Assembly: GCA_963828195.1 (NCBI GenBank)
Contig: CAWHDT010000001.1
Location: 192,001-256,000 of the forward strand
DNA length: 64,000 bases
Source: Candidatus Bathyarchaeota archaeon
GTDB lineage: Archaea > Thermoproteota > Bathyarchaeia > Bathyarchaeales > Bathycorpusculaceae
Reading direction: 5' to 3'
Positions 51,631 to 61,527 of the stretch are shown piece by piece. The notes beneath the pieces were generated by a model. That model saw nothing but the letters and a program-made list of their open reading frames with translations, was not told the DNA's origin and did no database searches. The translations under genes were made by a program, and so were the position numbers. The number at the start of each line of letters is the position of its first letter. Position 1 is the stretch's first letter.

Positions 51631-51750
51631 GCGAAGCTGCTTATCCGCCTTCATCCCAATTCCCGTTGTTGCGTAGCAGAAAAAGTCCCACTGGTTTTTC
51701 CAGAGATTAGTGTTTAAGCAAAAAGCCCACTTTTTAAATGTACGCTCATG

Positions 51751-53793
51751 TCACGTTTTCTTTAGGCATCCTTCTCTGGGTTCATAAATTGTTCCTTCAC
51801 GCAGCAACTGGCTTATCATACGTTCTACTTCGCCTCTTGGTATCTTGTGTTTTGTCTCAAGTTCGTTGACAAGCGCTTCTTTCTCGACTATACCCGTAAC
51901 TTTTTCCATCTCCATCAGCACCGACAATATTATGCTCAATCTATCTCGGATGCTTTTGGATCTTCCAGTCATAATCAAGTCAATATCCACTTTGTATGAG
52001 GACAAGTCAATTCCAACTTCTTCCAGAGACCGCTTCATAATAACTATAGCTGCCTCAGCATCTTCACCAGTTACTTCCTTTCGCAGTGCAACGCGTGCTC
52101 TGGCTTCTGAGATACGAACAAGTGACTCTAACTGGCGCGCAGTTATCGCCACTGGTGACCCCTCCGTTTCGCTTGCCGCGCGCATAGCTAAGTAAAAGTC
52201 GCTTAGCCGCTTTAACGCTTCAGTACTGAGCACGGGCTTAATTCCCTTAGCGTAACTAATGTATTTCCGCAGCAACTCAACATCAACCGGTCCCTCAACG
52301 GGGCTTATTCCTCTGCGGTGAATTTCTAAAATGTGCTGTGACATTTTTCCGTCTGATTCCTTATTTGGCACATCGCGTAGCACGAAGATTAAGTCAAAAC
52401 GCGAAAGAATAGTTACGGGCAACGGGACGTTTTCAGCGACTGTTCTGTTGGGTTCATACCTCCCTAAGGATGGGTTAGCTGCTGCCAGCACAGCTGTTCT
52501 GGCATTAAGCGTGGCAACTATTCCGCCTTTTGCAACTGAAACGGTGTGCTGCTCCATGGCTTCGTGGATGGCAACTCGGTCTTCAGGACGCATTTTGTCC
52601 ATTTCGTCGATACATGCGATTCCTTTGTCGGCTAGCACTAATGCGCCTGCTTCAAGACTCATGCTTCCGCCTTTCTCTCTTACCACGGCGGCTGTTAAGC
52701 CTGCGGCGGTTGTTCCTCTTCCAGACGTGTAGAGTCCTCTTGGGGCTATTCTGGCTACGTATTGGAGAAGTTGGCTTTTTGCGGTCCCAGGATCTCCAAT
52801 TAATAAAGCGTTCATCTCGCCTCTGATGTTTACGTCTGGTAGGCTTTTGGATACTCCGCCGAAGAGCAGATACATTATTGCTTCTTTGATGTGTTCTAAG
52901 CCGAAGATTGAGGGTGCTATGGAACTTATTATTTTCCTGTGCACCCATGGGTCTTTTGCTAGTGCATGCATTTTTTCTTCTTCTTCAGGCGTGGGCGGTG
53001 AAGTTTCAGGTTCTTTTCCGAGCACTTCTATTGAGTTAGCGTCAAGTTGAAGTATGAATGTTCGAAGTTTTCCCATCCCCATCAGTGAAGGCGCAAAAGC
53101 GCGGACGATTCCAACTATGCCAACGTGATCTCCTGGTCTTGCCACATCAACTATGTCGTCGCCCACAAGTTTCACCGCTAATGTGCGTGGCAGTTGCCCC
53201 GGAGGTAGGTCTTCAGGTTTTTCCTGCAGCCGAAGATCTTGGGAATCTATAAAAGTTGATTCTTCCTGCACAAACTCAAACGGTCCATCTCTCCCACAGT
53301 CAGGCGCTTGGCATATTGCCGGCGCTTTAAGGAACTGCCCCGTTTGCTCCTCCATGTTCATGGTTCCGCAGCGTTTGCACTTGAAGGCTGCTTGCAAGAC
53401 CATGGGTCGAACGGGTGTGGCTCTAACCACTATGCCCTCAACCATGATTAGCTTCGTCATCTGTCTTGAGCCGAGCTTTCTCAGCTGCTCTTTTCCGAGA
53501 AGCTTCACAATTCTGGGATTAATTTTTTCAATTTTTTCGGCGTACTCAGCATCTTCTATGCGAAGTTGCTCGTAGGCTCCTTTTCCCGCATGCTGCAAAT
53601 ATTGCTCTGGTCTGTTTAGCAGCTGTTCGGAGAGTGCTTGGTCAAATCCATAAAGCTCTTCGAAATCAACAGTTATTGAACCTTTTCCACTGATGGCTAA
53701 CTGCGCGATTCTTTGACGATACTTCTCTTTCTTAAAGAACTCTTGAAAACGCTGCTGCGGATCCACTGCAACCTGTTCGTTAGCCATCTTCAC
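51751..53793 (-). CDS. mcm: MCM replicative helicase
   Basis: GDPGTAKSQ, IDEMDK, AAANP, SRFD; no intein apparent. Confidence 0.97.
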   Translation of the reverse strand: MKMANEQVAVDPQQRFQEFFKKEKYRQRIAQLAISGKGSITVDFEELYGFDQALSEQLLNRPEQYLQHAGKGAYEQLRIEDAEYAEKIEKINPRIVKLLGKEQLRKLGSRQMTKLIMVEGIVVRATPVRPMVLQAAFKCKRCGTMNMEEQTGQFLKAPAICQAPDCGRDGPFEFVQEESTFIDSQDLRLQEKPEDLPPGQLPRTLAVKLVGDDIVDVARPGDHVGIVGIVRAFAPSLMGMGKLRTFILQLDANSIEVLGKEPETSPPTPEEEEKMHALAKDPWVHRKIISSIAPSIFGLEHIKEAIMYLLFGGVSKSLPDVNIRGEMNALLIGDPGTAKSQLLQYVARIAPRGLYTSGRGTTAAGLTAAVVREKGGSMSLEAGALVLADKGIACIDEMDKMRPEDRVAIHEAMEQHTVSVAKGGIVATLNARTAVLAAANPSLGRYEPNRTVAENVPLPVTILSRFDLIFVLRDVPNKESDGKMSQHILEIHRRGISPVEGPVDVELLRKYISYAKGIKPVLSTEALKRLSDFYLAMRAASETEGSPVAITARQLESLVRISEARARVALRKEVTGEDAEAAIVIMKRSLEEVGIDLSSYKVDIDLIMTGRSKSIRDRLSIILSVLMEMEKVTGIVEKEALVNELETKHKIPRGEVERMISQLLREGTIYEPREGCLKKT

Positions 53794-54341
53794 TTTTCTC
53801 CGTCACTTTCAAGAATCTTCGTTTTCCACTCAGAGATTATTTTAACTAATTGTTCATAGAGAATTTTTTCCTCACTTGTAAACTTTTTCAGAACCTGCTC
53901 ACTTTGGGTTGGAGCGGAAGATAGAGCAACAATTTTTTTAAGCCTAGAATTCACTATGTCACGGGCTAACTGTTTTGCTCTGTCGTACTCCTGGTATTTC
54001 TCAGAATTTGCGGTTTGATCTTTCAGGTCAGTGATGAACCTGCGAAGTTTAGGGTAGAAGTCCTCTGGCACTTCAGATATTTGCCCTGGAATTTGCACGC
54101 CTTCTTTCCACTGCACTTTAAAAAGTTTGGTAGCGTCAAGGATGTCGTCTTCTCTAAAATGAACCATTCCATAATTCGATAACTCTTTTGCCACCCAAAA
54201 ATAAACTTCGTATTCATTTCCTTCGTCAAAAGGGCCGACAGTTAATCCTGCAAGCTTAATCTCGGGACAGTTTCTGTTTGCAACAATTTTAACAAGTGAG
54301 TTCTCGTAACAGAAATCCAACATGCCAATTTTCGCTGCCAA
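53790..54341 (-). CDS. gins23: GINS subunit Gins23
   Basis: N-terminal B-domain (VYFWVAKEL), VPEDFY, RLKKI; overlaps mcm start; start uncertain. Confidence 0.8.
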   Translation of the reverse strand: MAAKIGMLDFCYENSLVKIVANRNCPEIKLAGLTVGPFDEGNEYEVYFWVAKELSNYGMVHFREDDILDATKLFKVQWKEGVQIPGQISEVPEDFYPKLRRFITDLKDQTANSEKYQEYDRAKQLARDIVNSRLKKIVALSSAPTQSEQVLKKFTSEEKILYEQLVKIISEWKTKILESDGEK

Positions 54342-54514
54342 CTCCTTTTTTCCTCCCAAGTCCCAAATGTTTTTCCTTTTGTGGGGTTCAACAGATATAG
54401 CAAGAACAGTTTTAAGCGTTTGCACTAGAAAAAACATTGTTGAAGAAAGCTTGCCTGGGCGTTTAGAGAATGTTTTGTGGTTTTCTTAAGTGTTTTCTCG
54501 CTCTGTTTTCGCGT

Positions 54515-55783
54515 TTAAGGCCAGAGTCCCAGTGTTTTTATGGCGTTAGCTACTCTTCCGACACCCAGCATCAATGCGCCTGTACGCATGTCACTCTCTT
54601 CTTTTTCCACAATTGCGACTACATCGTTGAATGCCTTAGTCATTTTGATCTCCAGCCTCCTGTTAACTTTGTCAAGCGGCCATTGCTCGCGGGTCAGGTT
54701 TTGGACCCACTCAAAATAGCTCACCGTCACTCCGCCGCTGTTGGCTAGGATGTCTGGGATCAGGCAGATTCCTTTCTCGTACAAGACTTTGTCTGCGTCA
54801 GGAGTGGTTGGTCCGTTCGCTGCTTCAGCGACCATTTTTGCCTTGATTTTATCGGCGTTTTTGCATGTGATTTGGTTTTCCATCGCGGCGGGAATCAGCA
54901 CGTCGCAGGGCAATTCAAGCAGTTCCTCGTTTGTTATGTTTCGGCAGCCTTTGTAGTTCTGGACTGAGCGGGTTTTTTCTTTATGCGCAAGAACTTCAGG
55001 CGGGTTTAAGCCGTCTGGACAATAGATTCCTCCTGTTGAGTCGCTTACCGCTATTATTTTGCAGCCTTCTTCCTGTGCTGCGGCTGCTGCGTGGTAGCCC
55101 ACGTTGCCGAATCCTTGAACTGCTACTGCAGCGTTTTTCAGTTTTAAACCGTTGTTTTCTGCCGCCTGTTTTACGCAGTGGATTACTCCTCTGCCTGTGG
55201 CTTCCGTTCTGCCCCATGAGCCTCCGATTTCAACAGGTTTGCCAGTTACGCTTTCAGGGATGCTGTAGCCTTTCATTTGGCTGTACGTGTCCATTACCCA
55301 AGCCATAGTCTGTGCGTCGGTGTACATGTCCGGGGCGGGTATGTCGCGGTGTGGCCCCAAATACTCAAAGATTAAGCTGACGTATCTTCTTGTTAATCTT
55401 TCAAGCTCATGTTTGCTCATTTTTTTGGTGTCAACGCATACCCCGCCTTTTGCTCCGCCAAACGGTATGTCAGCTATCGCGCATTTCCAAGTCATCAACA
55501 TTGCCAACGCGGTGACTTCGTCAAGGGTGAGGTTTGGGTAATATCGGATTCCGCCTTTGAATGGTCCCCGCGCATCCCAATGCTGCACTCTAACACCGTT
55601 GAATACGCCGACGGTTCCGTTGTCCATTCGGATGTCGATGCTGACGCTGATGGACCGTTTAGGCTGGCTAAGCATCTTGTGCATGCCAGCGTCCAACTCT
55701 AATTTTTTACTTGCTAATTTAAGTTGAGAAAGAGCAACCGATAATGCCGTATGTTCTTCAGCCATAAACAAAGCCTTCTGCAT
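54515..55783 (-). CDS. gdhA: Glutamate dehydrogenase
   Basis: GPFKGGIRY, PFGGAKGG, PAPD, GRTEATG, QGFGNVG, EAANGP, SYFEWVQN. Confidence 0.95.
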   Translation of the reverse strand: MQKALFMAEEHTALSVALSQLKLASKKLELDAGMHKMLSQPKRSISVSIDIRMDNGTVGVFNGVRVQHWDARGPFKGGIRYYPNLTLDEVTALAMLMTWKCAIADIPFGGAKGGVCVDTKKMSKHELERLTRRYVSLIFEYLGPHRDIPAPDMYTDAQTMAWVMDTYSQMKGYSIPESVTGKPVEIGGSWGRTEATGRGVIHCVKQAAENNGLKLKNAAVAVQGFGNVGYHAAAAAQEEGCKIIAVSDSTGGIYCPDGLNPPEVLAHKEKTRSVQNYKGCRNITNEELLELPCDVLIPAAMENQITCKNADKIKAKMVAEAANGPTTPDADKVLYEKGICLIPDILANSGGVTVSYFEWVQNLTREQWPLDKVNRRLEIKMTKAFNDVVAIVEKEESDMRTGALMLGVGRVANAIKTLGLWP

Positions 55784-55965
55784 TAAAAGTTAATTAAGAA
55801 TGGCTAGATAAGATTTGCCTTCGTTTTTTTCTGTGTTTTGTTGATGCTTTTGTATACGGTGGCTTTATGGGTTTGCTGAAGCTATGTTTTAGTTTATTCG
55901 CTGCCATTTACACTTGAAAAATGGGCGTTAATGGCGAGGAGAGCGGCTCAGCAACTTGTGCTTCA

Positions 55966-56146
55966 GGCTTTTTGTGGCTGGGTTTTGTCAGCGATTTAAT
56001 TTTGAAAGAACAACAACACCTCGGGAGCAAATGTTGTTCTTCTTGGCAATATTTAAAAGAAGAAGAAGCCTAGAAAAATCGTTTTTCTTCTTCTTCTTCT
56101 GTTGCTGCATGCCATATTTGTGTTGGTTTTTTGGTGCAAATAGTAG
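55966..56146 (-). repeat. ~180 bp dispersed double-inverted-repeat element, copy B
   Basis: Reverse complement aligns with 22152-22329 over both stems and both flanks. Confidence 0.85.
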
Positions 56147-56467
56147 GTAGGTCTATAGGTCGGCGGCTTGATGTTCAGGGCTTGTTTTGGGTTGCTTTTT
56201 TGTTTAGAACTTGATTTGTTTGTGGGGTGAGTCAAAAAAAGAAATAAGCCAATAAAAGTAGCGAGCTATTGTCCTTCCGGATCAAGTTTCGCTAAATTAT
56301 CGGCGGGTTAAGTTTTTTACAAAAACCATCTGTAATCAAAAATATTCGTAAAATAAAATTTTTTTAGACGAAAACGTAGGGAAATATCTGAAAAAGCTTC
56401 TTTTCATGCGAAAAAAATAAAAACAAATGAAAACTACAGAGCTAACTTTGATACGACAAAGATAGAA

Positions 56468-57454
56468 TTGGTACTTATGAAAACCCTTCGTGAAATTGAC
56501 GTAAAGATTCTCAAAGTGCTACTTACAGATGGGCGAAAAAGTTTCACCGACATAGCAGAAGAATGCAACACATCAAAGGACATCGTCTGGAAACATTACA
56601 AAGAAATGAAGGCGACCGGCATAATAGTTGGTGCCACAATTCAATTTAATTACCAAAAATTTGGCTACAGCGGCATGGCAATGATAATGCTTAGTGTAGA
56701 CTTACAAAATATTGATGATGTTTTTTTGCGTCTTAAGAAAATTCCGGGTGTGAATATTTTTCGTTATTACAATGCAACGTATAATGTTGGAGTAATTTCT
56801 TATCTCAAAAGTTTAAGAGATCTAGAAAATGTTAAAGAAATCATAAGCAAACAAAGCAAAATAAATGAAATCAAGACGTATTTTTGGACGGACATAAGAA
56901 ACATACCTGAAAACGTTTTGGTGGACTCACTTGAAAACAGAACCATGCAGCCAGATTTAAGCTCTCAAGCAAGCGCAGATGTTCAAAAAGATTTGGTAAA
57001 TGTTGACGAAATCGATATGCAAATAATCGAAAAATTAACCAAAAACGGTCGCATGTCCTTCAGTAAAATTGCTCAAGAAATAGGCGTTTCAACTGATACT
57101 ATCACAAGGAGATACAACAATCTTACAAAAAACAATTTTATCAAAGTGTCAATTCAAATCAACCCTATAGAGTTGGGCTATCAAGCTATTCTAGAACTCA
57201 ACATAGCGCTAATAAACCAAAGCAAAACAAAAGAAGTAGTGGATAGGTTGTCCATAATCCCTGGCGTAAGTTATCTTGTTAAAATAAGTGGAAGCTACGA
57301 CCTATTAGTTGTGGCTTTAGTTAAAGATTGCACGGCGATTATTACAATTAATGAGGCAATCGTAAAAATACCTTCTGTAAAAAGAATAGACTCAACTATG
57401 CGGCAGGTTTGCCCCGCTTGGCCTGGTCCTCGTCAGTATATATCCACATTTTAA
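56468..57454 (+). CDS. Tandem (double) Lrp/AsnC family regulator
   Basis: Two HTH-RAM units: IDVKILKVLLTDGRKSFTDIA and IDMQIIEKLTKNGRMSFSKIA. Confidence 0.9.
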   Translation: MVLMKTLREIDVKILKVLLTDGRKSFTDIAEECNTSKDIVWKHYKEMKATGIIVGATIQFNYQKFGYSGMAMIMLSVDLQNIDDVFLRLKKIPGVNIFRYYNATYNVGVISYLKSLRDLENVKEIISKQSKINEIKTYFWTDIRNIPENVLVDSLENRTMQPDLSSQASADVQKDLVNVDEIDMQIIEKLTKNGRMSFSKIAQEIGVSTDTITRRYNNLTKNNFIKVSIQINPIELGYQAILELNIALINQSKTKEVVDRLSIIPGVSYLVKISGSYDLLVVALVKDCTAIITINEAIVKIPSVKRIDSTMRQVCPAWPGPRQYISTF

Positions 57455-57516
57455 TCGTTAAAAAACGATCTGCCCGATAGCATTTCTCGATTTTTCTATA
57501 TTTTTTTGTTGATTAA

Positions 57517-57551
57517 TTGGTAGTCGGCTGTCTTACTGTGACATTATATAA
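57517..57551 (+). promoter_or_regulatory. TTGGTAGTCG-N5-CTTAC motif plus TATA box
   Basis: Second copy; TTATATAA at 57544. Confidence 0.7.
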
Positions 57552-57602
57552 GGTTTTTTTGGCAAAGGCTTGTGCCACAGAAAAAAAGGAAATGAAAAAA
57601 AA

Positions 57603-60365
57603 ATGTTAAAAACAAAAAACAGAATTTTAGCTATTGCAATTGCTATATTTTTAACCCTTTCAATGTCAGCTTCAATGATGCTTATACCAAACGCAAGTGC
57701 ACATAATCCTGCATGGCAGATTCCAACGTTTGCCCACATATTCGCTGCACCTAACCCCGTGGGTGTTGGCCAGACAATGTGGATAGATATGTTCCTTGCA
57801 AACCCACCCTATTATAATTCAGCACTATATAACGACTATAGATACCATGACTACGTGCTAACCATTACTGCTCCGGACGGAACGGTCTCAACCCAGACTT
57901 TTGCTTACATCTCAGACCCAACAAACGATCAGAACTATGCTTACACTCCAACTCAAGTCGGCACGTACACTTTTAACTTTACTTATCCTGGAGAAACAAT
58001 AACTGCCGCAGACCAACCAGCCGGCTCAATATATGTTAACGACACTTATCTGCCCAGCTCTACATCAATGACGGTTACTGTGCAGCAAAACCCAATTCCT
58101 CCAGCTACCGGTAGTTCTCCATTGCCGACACAATTCTGGACGCGGCCAATTTACGGTGAGAACACTGTTTGGTACACGATTTCATCTCAATGGTACGGTT
58201 CAGGTGTAACAGGCTTCGGCGCCATGGTTGGACCAAACGAGCAGATGAACCCCGGAGAAGATAGCGGAGCAACTGCCGTAGGACCACTTACCAGCCATAT
58301 CATGTGGACATACCCGATTCAAGAAGGAGGAGTCGTTGGAGGAACCTCTGTTTCCGTTCAGGGAGACACATACTTTGAGGGCTCTGCATACGAGCAAAGA
58401 TACAACAATCCGATAATAGTTGACGGAGACATCTACTACACGCTACCAATATCATTCTCTGGTCCCAGCAGTGGAGCAACTGTCTGCCAAGACTTGCAAA
58501 CGGGACAAATTATTTGGTCTAGCACTCAAGTACCTGCGCTATCCTTTGCTTACATATATGATGTTCAAGACCCCAACCAGCACGGAGTTTATCCAGCAAT
58601 TTTGTTCACAAGCGGTTTTGCACGTGCCTTTGATGCGTACACAGGAGACCCACTGTTCAATGTAACTGGCGTTCCCTCAGGCAGCGGAATAGTACTTGGC
58701 CCAAGCGGTGAAGATATAAAGTATGTCTTCGCAAATGCAGGTACCACCGCGAGTCCCAGCTGGTATTTGGCTGAGTGGAACTCATCCAGAATGATGGATA
58801 CGACTTACAATCCAATAACAGGCGCAGCTGTTAACACTCCTACACTCTACAATGACTCCTATACCAACGGTACCACTTTATCAGCTTTCGACGCGTCCTA
58901 CGCAGATGTTGCACAGCCAGTTATCGGACCTGATGCTGGCACTAACAATAATGCCCCAGCTACGAATAATTACGTGATCTATGCAAACGTCGTAAACCAG
59001 AGCAATGCACTATACAGTTATGACTGGAACGTTTCAGTATCTTGGCACAACACCATGACCCTAACACCTACAATACTTTCCACTTTCTACGGTAATATGC
59101 TGCTTTGCATGAACGGCTCTTATCCTGCGTTAGGTGCAAACAATCCCTACACATACTTCGCTGTAAACCTCAATGCATCTAGAGGCCAAATCGGTTCGAT
59201 ACTGTGGATGCAGACAGAGCAACCGCCACCAGGCAACATCACTACTGTCACATATGCCGGAGCCGATCTATCTGCTAACGCCTTCTGTGAATCGTATAGA
59301 TCATCTCAGCAATTCGTTGGATACAGTCTGTCGAGCGGCCAACAAATATGGGGTCCAACTGCATCTCAACCCGCCCTTGACTACTTTGGCAGTCCAGGAC
59401 CTGGCACTTTGGCTGATCAGATTGCTTACGGGTGCATCTACAGTGTTGCATACTCAGGAATACTCTACTGCTATAATTTGACAACTGGAAATGTACTGTG
59501 GACATACGGTAATGGCGGCGAAGGCAACAGTACTAATGCCGGCTTAAACGCGCCTTATGGTGATTACCCAACCTTCATAAACGCTGTTGGAAACGGAGTA
59601 ATATACACGGTCACTACTGAACACACAATTGAAACACCAATTTGGAAGGATTGTTTGGCTCGTGCTATCAATGCTACCAACGGAGCAGAAATCTGGACCC
59701 TTTCAGATTTCACCACAGAGTTCTCCACTGAAAGTTATGCTATCGCAGACGGCTATGCAACATTCTTCAATAGCTATGATCAACAAATTTACAGTGTCGG
59801 ACAAGGACCCAGCTCCACTTCAGTACAGGCACCGCTGACTGCAATCACAGCAGGCGACCATGTAACTATCCAGGGTACAGTGATAGATATTTCTGCAGGC
59901 ACACAGCAAACAGAGCAGAAAGCAGACTTTCCAAACGGAGTCCCATGCGCATCTGACGCTAGCATGAGTGCTTGGATGAGCTACGTTTACCAGCAACAGC
60001 CAGAACCAACGAACTTCACAGGCGTTCCAGTAACGTTGACCGCTACTGATCCAAACGGCAACTTCATCACCCTCGGCACCGCTACAACCGATTCAAACGG
60101 CTTATACAGCTTCTCGTGGCTGACACCAAATGTTCCAGGTTTGTACACAATAACTGCAACGTTTGCTGGCACTAACGGCTACTGGCCATCAAATGCACAA
60201 ACTGCCCTAACCGTACAATCAGGGCCTACAGCAACTGCCGCACCTACCGCATCCCCGACCTCTATGGCTGACACATACTTTGTTCCCGCAATCGCTGGAC
60301 TATTCGTCTTAATCATTGCAGGCTTGGCTGTCGTAATATTAGTGGTGCTTAGGAAACGACCATAA
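57603..60365 (+). CDS. PQQ-like beta-propeller surface protein (paralog 2)
   Basis: Same architecture as paralog 1; start at MLKTKNR; ends TM helix plus RKRP. Confidence 0.87.
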   Translation: MLKTKNRILAIAIAIFLTLSMSASMMLIPNASAHNPAWQIPTFAHIFAAPNPVGVGQTMWIDMFLANPPYYNSALYNDYRYHDYVLTITAPDGTVSTQTFAYISDPTNDQNYAYTPTQVGTYTFNFTYPGETITAADQPAGSIYVNDTYLPSSTSMTVTVQQNPIPPATGSSPLPTQFWTRPIYGENTVWYTISSQWYGSGVTGFGAMVGPNEQMNPGEDSGATAVGPLTSHIMWTYPIQEGGVVGGTSVSVQGDTYFEGSAYEQRYNNPIIVDGDIYYTLPISFSGPSSGATVCQDLQTGQIIWSSTQVPALSFAYIYDVQDPNQHGVYPAILFTSGFARAFDAYTGDPLFNVTGVPSGSGIVLGPSGEDIKYVFANAGTTASPSWYLAEWNSSRMMDTTYNPITGAAVNTPTLYNDSYTNGTTLSAFDASYADVAQPVIGPDAGTNNNAPATNNYVIYANVVNQSNALYSYDWNVSVSWHNTMTLTPTILSTFYGNMLLCMNGSYPALGANNPYTYFAVNLNASRGQIGSILWMQTEQPPPGNITTVTYAGADLSANAFCESYRSSQQFVGYSLSSGQQIWGPTASQPALDYFGSPGPGTLADQIAYGCIYSVAYSGILYCYNLTTGNVLWTYGNGGEGNSTNAGLNAPYGDYPTFINAVGNGVIYTVTTEHTIETPIWKDCLARAINATNGAEIWTLSDFTTEFSTESYAIADGYATFFNSYDQQIYSVGQGPSSTSVQAPLTAITAGDHVTIQGTVIDISAGTQQTEQKADFPNGVPCASDASMSAWMSYVYQQQPEPTNFTGVPVTLTATDPNGNFITLGTATTDSNGLYSFSWLTPNVPGLYTITATFAGTNGYWPSNAQTALTVQSGPTATAAPTASPTSMADTYFVPAIAGLFVLIIAGLAVVILVVLRKRP

Positions 60366-60425
60366 AAAACGCAAACAAAAAAATCTACATTTCCCTTTTT
60401 TTTAATTTTAAAAAGCAATACTGAT

Positions 60426-60539
60426 GAGAAATGGATTGATTAGGCTCTGTTTAAAATCTAAACAAAAATAATATCTTGGTAGATTTTTGTATTTTTCTCA
60501 TAAGAAAAGATCCTAGAGCCCGCAAACTATTTGACCATT
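60426..60539. ncRNA. Conserved stem-loop 3' of paralog 2
   Basis: AATGG/CCATT, GGCTCTG/TAGAGCC, inner AAAATCTA/TAGATTTT. Confidence 0.45.
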
Positions 60540-60613
60540 GAGAATCTGTTTTCAATATATCTTGATATTTAGTCAATTCTCCGCGTTTATGGATCAGTTC
60601 TGCTTCAACAAAT

Positions 60614-61264
60614 TCATTGAGATTCAGTTTTAATCAAAATTACACCTTGCTTAGAGAAGCGAACTTTGATCGGCACTTTCATGTTTTCTCGCGCTTTAAC
60701 GAACGCAAATACAGCAGATCTTTTACTTTTTTCACTAAAGCATAACTCTATATTTTGTACTGTGCAGTTCTTGTTGATTTGTGTCTGAGAGTTTGCGTTT
60801 GCAATTGAGGTTCCTGCAGCAGCAAATTGCTGAATTATTGCTGCCCGTGTCTCCGTGATGTTCGTCGATAAGAACTGCTTTAGGATTTCTTCGCATTTGC
60901 TTTGTGGGGGCGCTTCTGACAGTTGAGTTGCTGCTTGGTTTATCTCTCGTTTTTGCCTGTTTTCTTTAAATCGTTTGGATCTAGCAGCAGTTTTCTTTAT
61001 TTCTGCAGGCATTTCCATGCTTACTGAGTGTTTTTCTTTTTCGCGGTGAATTGCTATTTGTGCATTATCTTTTGTTAACAGCAAGCTTTGTTCTTTTATT
61101 CGGATTTTTACGTGCGCATTTAAACTATCTCGGGCTTTAGCAAATTCTGATGCTGCAATTCTTAGTTGATCTTTTTGAACAGGCACTTCTATAGTTGATG
61201 CACTCATCATTAAAAAGTTAGAGATTACGAGCTCGCAAGCCCTGTGCTGTTCCTTTGCTATCAA
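60614..61264 (-). CDS. Hypothetical basic protein
   Basis: 216 aa non-overlapping ORF with its own copy of the promoter motif; start uncertain. Confidence 0.6.
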   Translation of the reverse strand: MIAKEQHRACELVISNFLMMSASTIEVPVQKDQLRIAASEFAKARDSLNAHVKIRIKEQSLLLTKDNAQIAIHREKEKHSVSMEMPAEIKKTAARSKRFKENRQKREINQAATQLSEAPPQSKCEEILKQFLSTNITETRAAIIQQFAAAGTSIANANSQTQINKNCTVQNIELCFSEKSKRSAVFAFVKARENMKVPIKVRFSKQGVILIKTESQ

Positions 61265-61326
61265 ATTTTGAGTCCGACCTTTTCATCGCTGCCCATTTTT
61301 GCAATAAGAATATCATAAAAAAATGA

Positions 61327-61360
61327 TTTAAATTGTCCCATTAAGACAACCGACTACCAA
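61327..61360 (-). promoter_or_regulatory. TTGGTAGTCG-N5-CTTAA motif plus TATA box (minus strand)
   Basis: CGACTACCAA at 61351-61360; TTTAAA at 61327-61332. Confidence 0.7.
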
Positions 61361-61527
61361 ATTACCAACAAAAAATCTAAAAAATAAATGGAAAATTATT
61401 GATTTTTTAGGTTATAAAAAGGGTGTGGAATACATCTGCAAAGCTGCTTGTTTAATGCGTTTCCCGACAAATCAGCGTCAGAGCAGCTAATGTCACCTGA
61501 ATGTGGGTAACTTTTTTTGGGAACAGA

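Noticed and set aside
55956-56235. ORFs with FFFFFCCC or RRRRRK runs
   Set aside because: Translation artefacts of the (AAG)n/(CTT)n repeat element
61440-61490. AGCTGCT/AGCAGCT hairpin downstream of the second TrmB
   Set aside because: Short single-copy stem, not found after the first TrmB; may be chance
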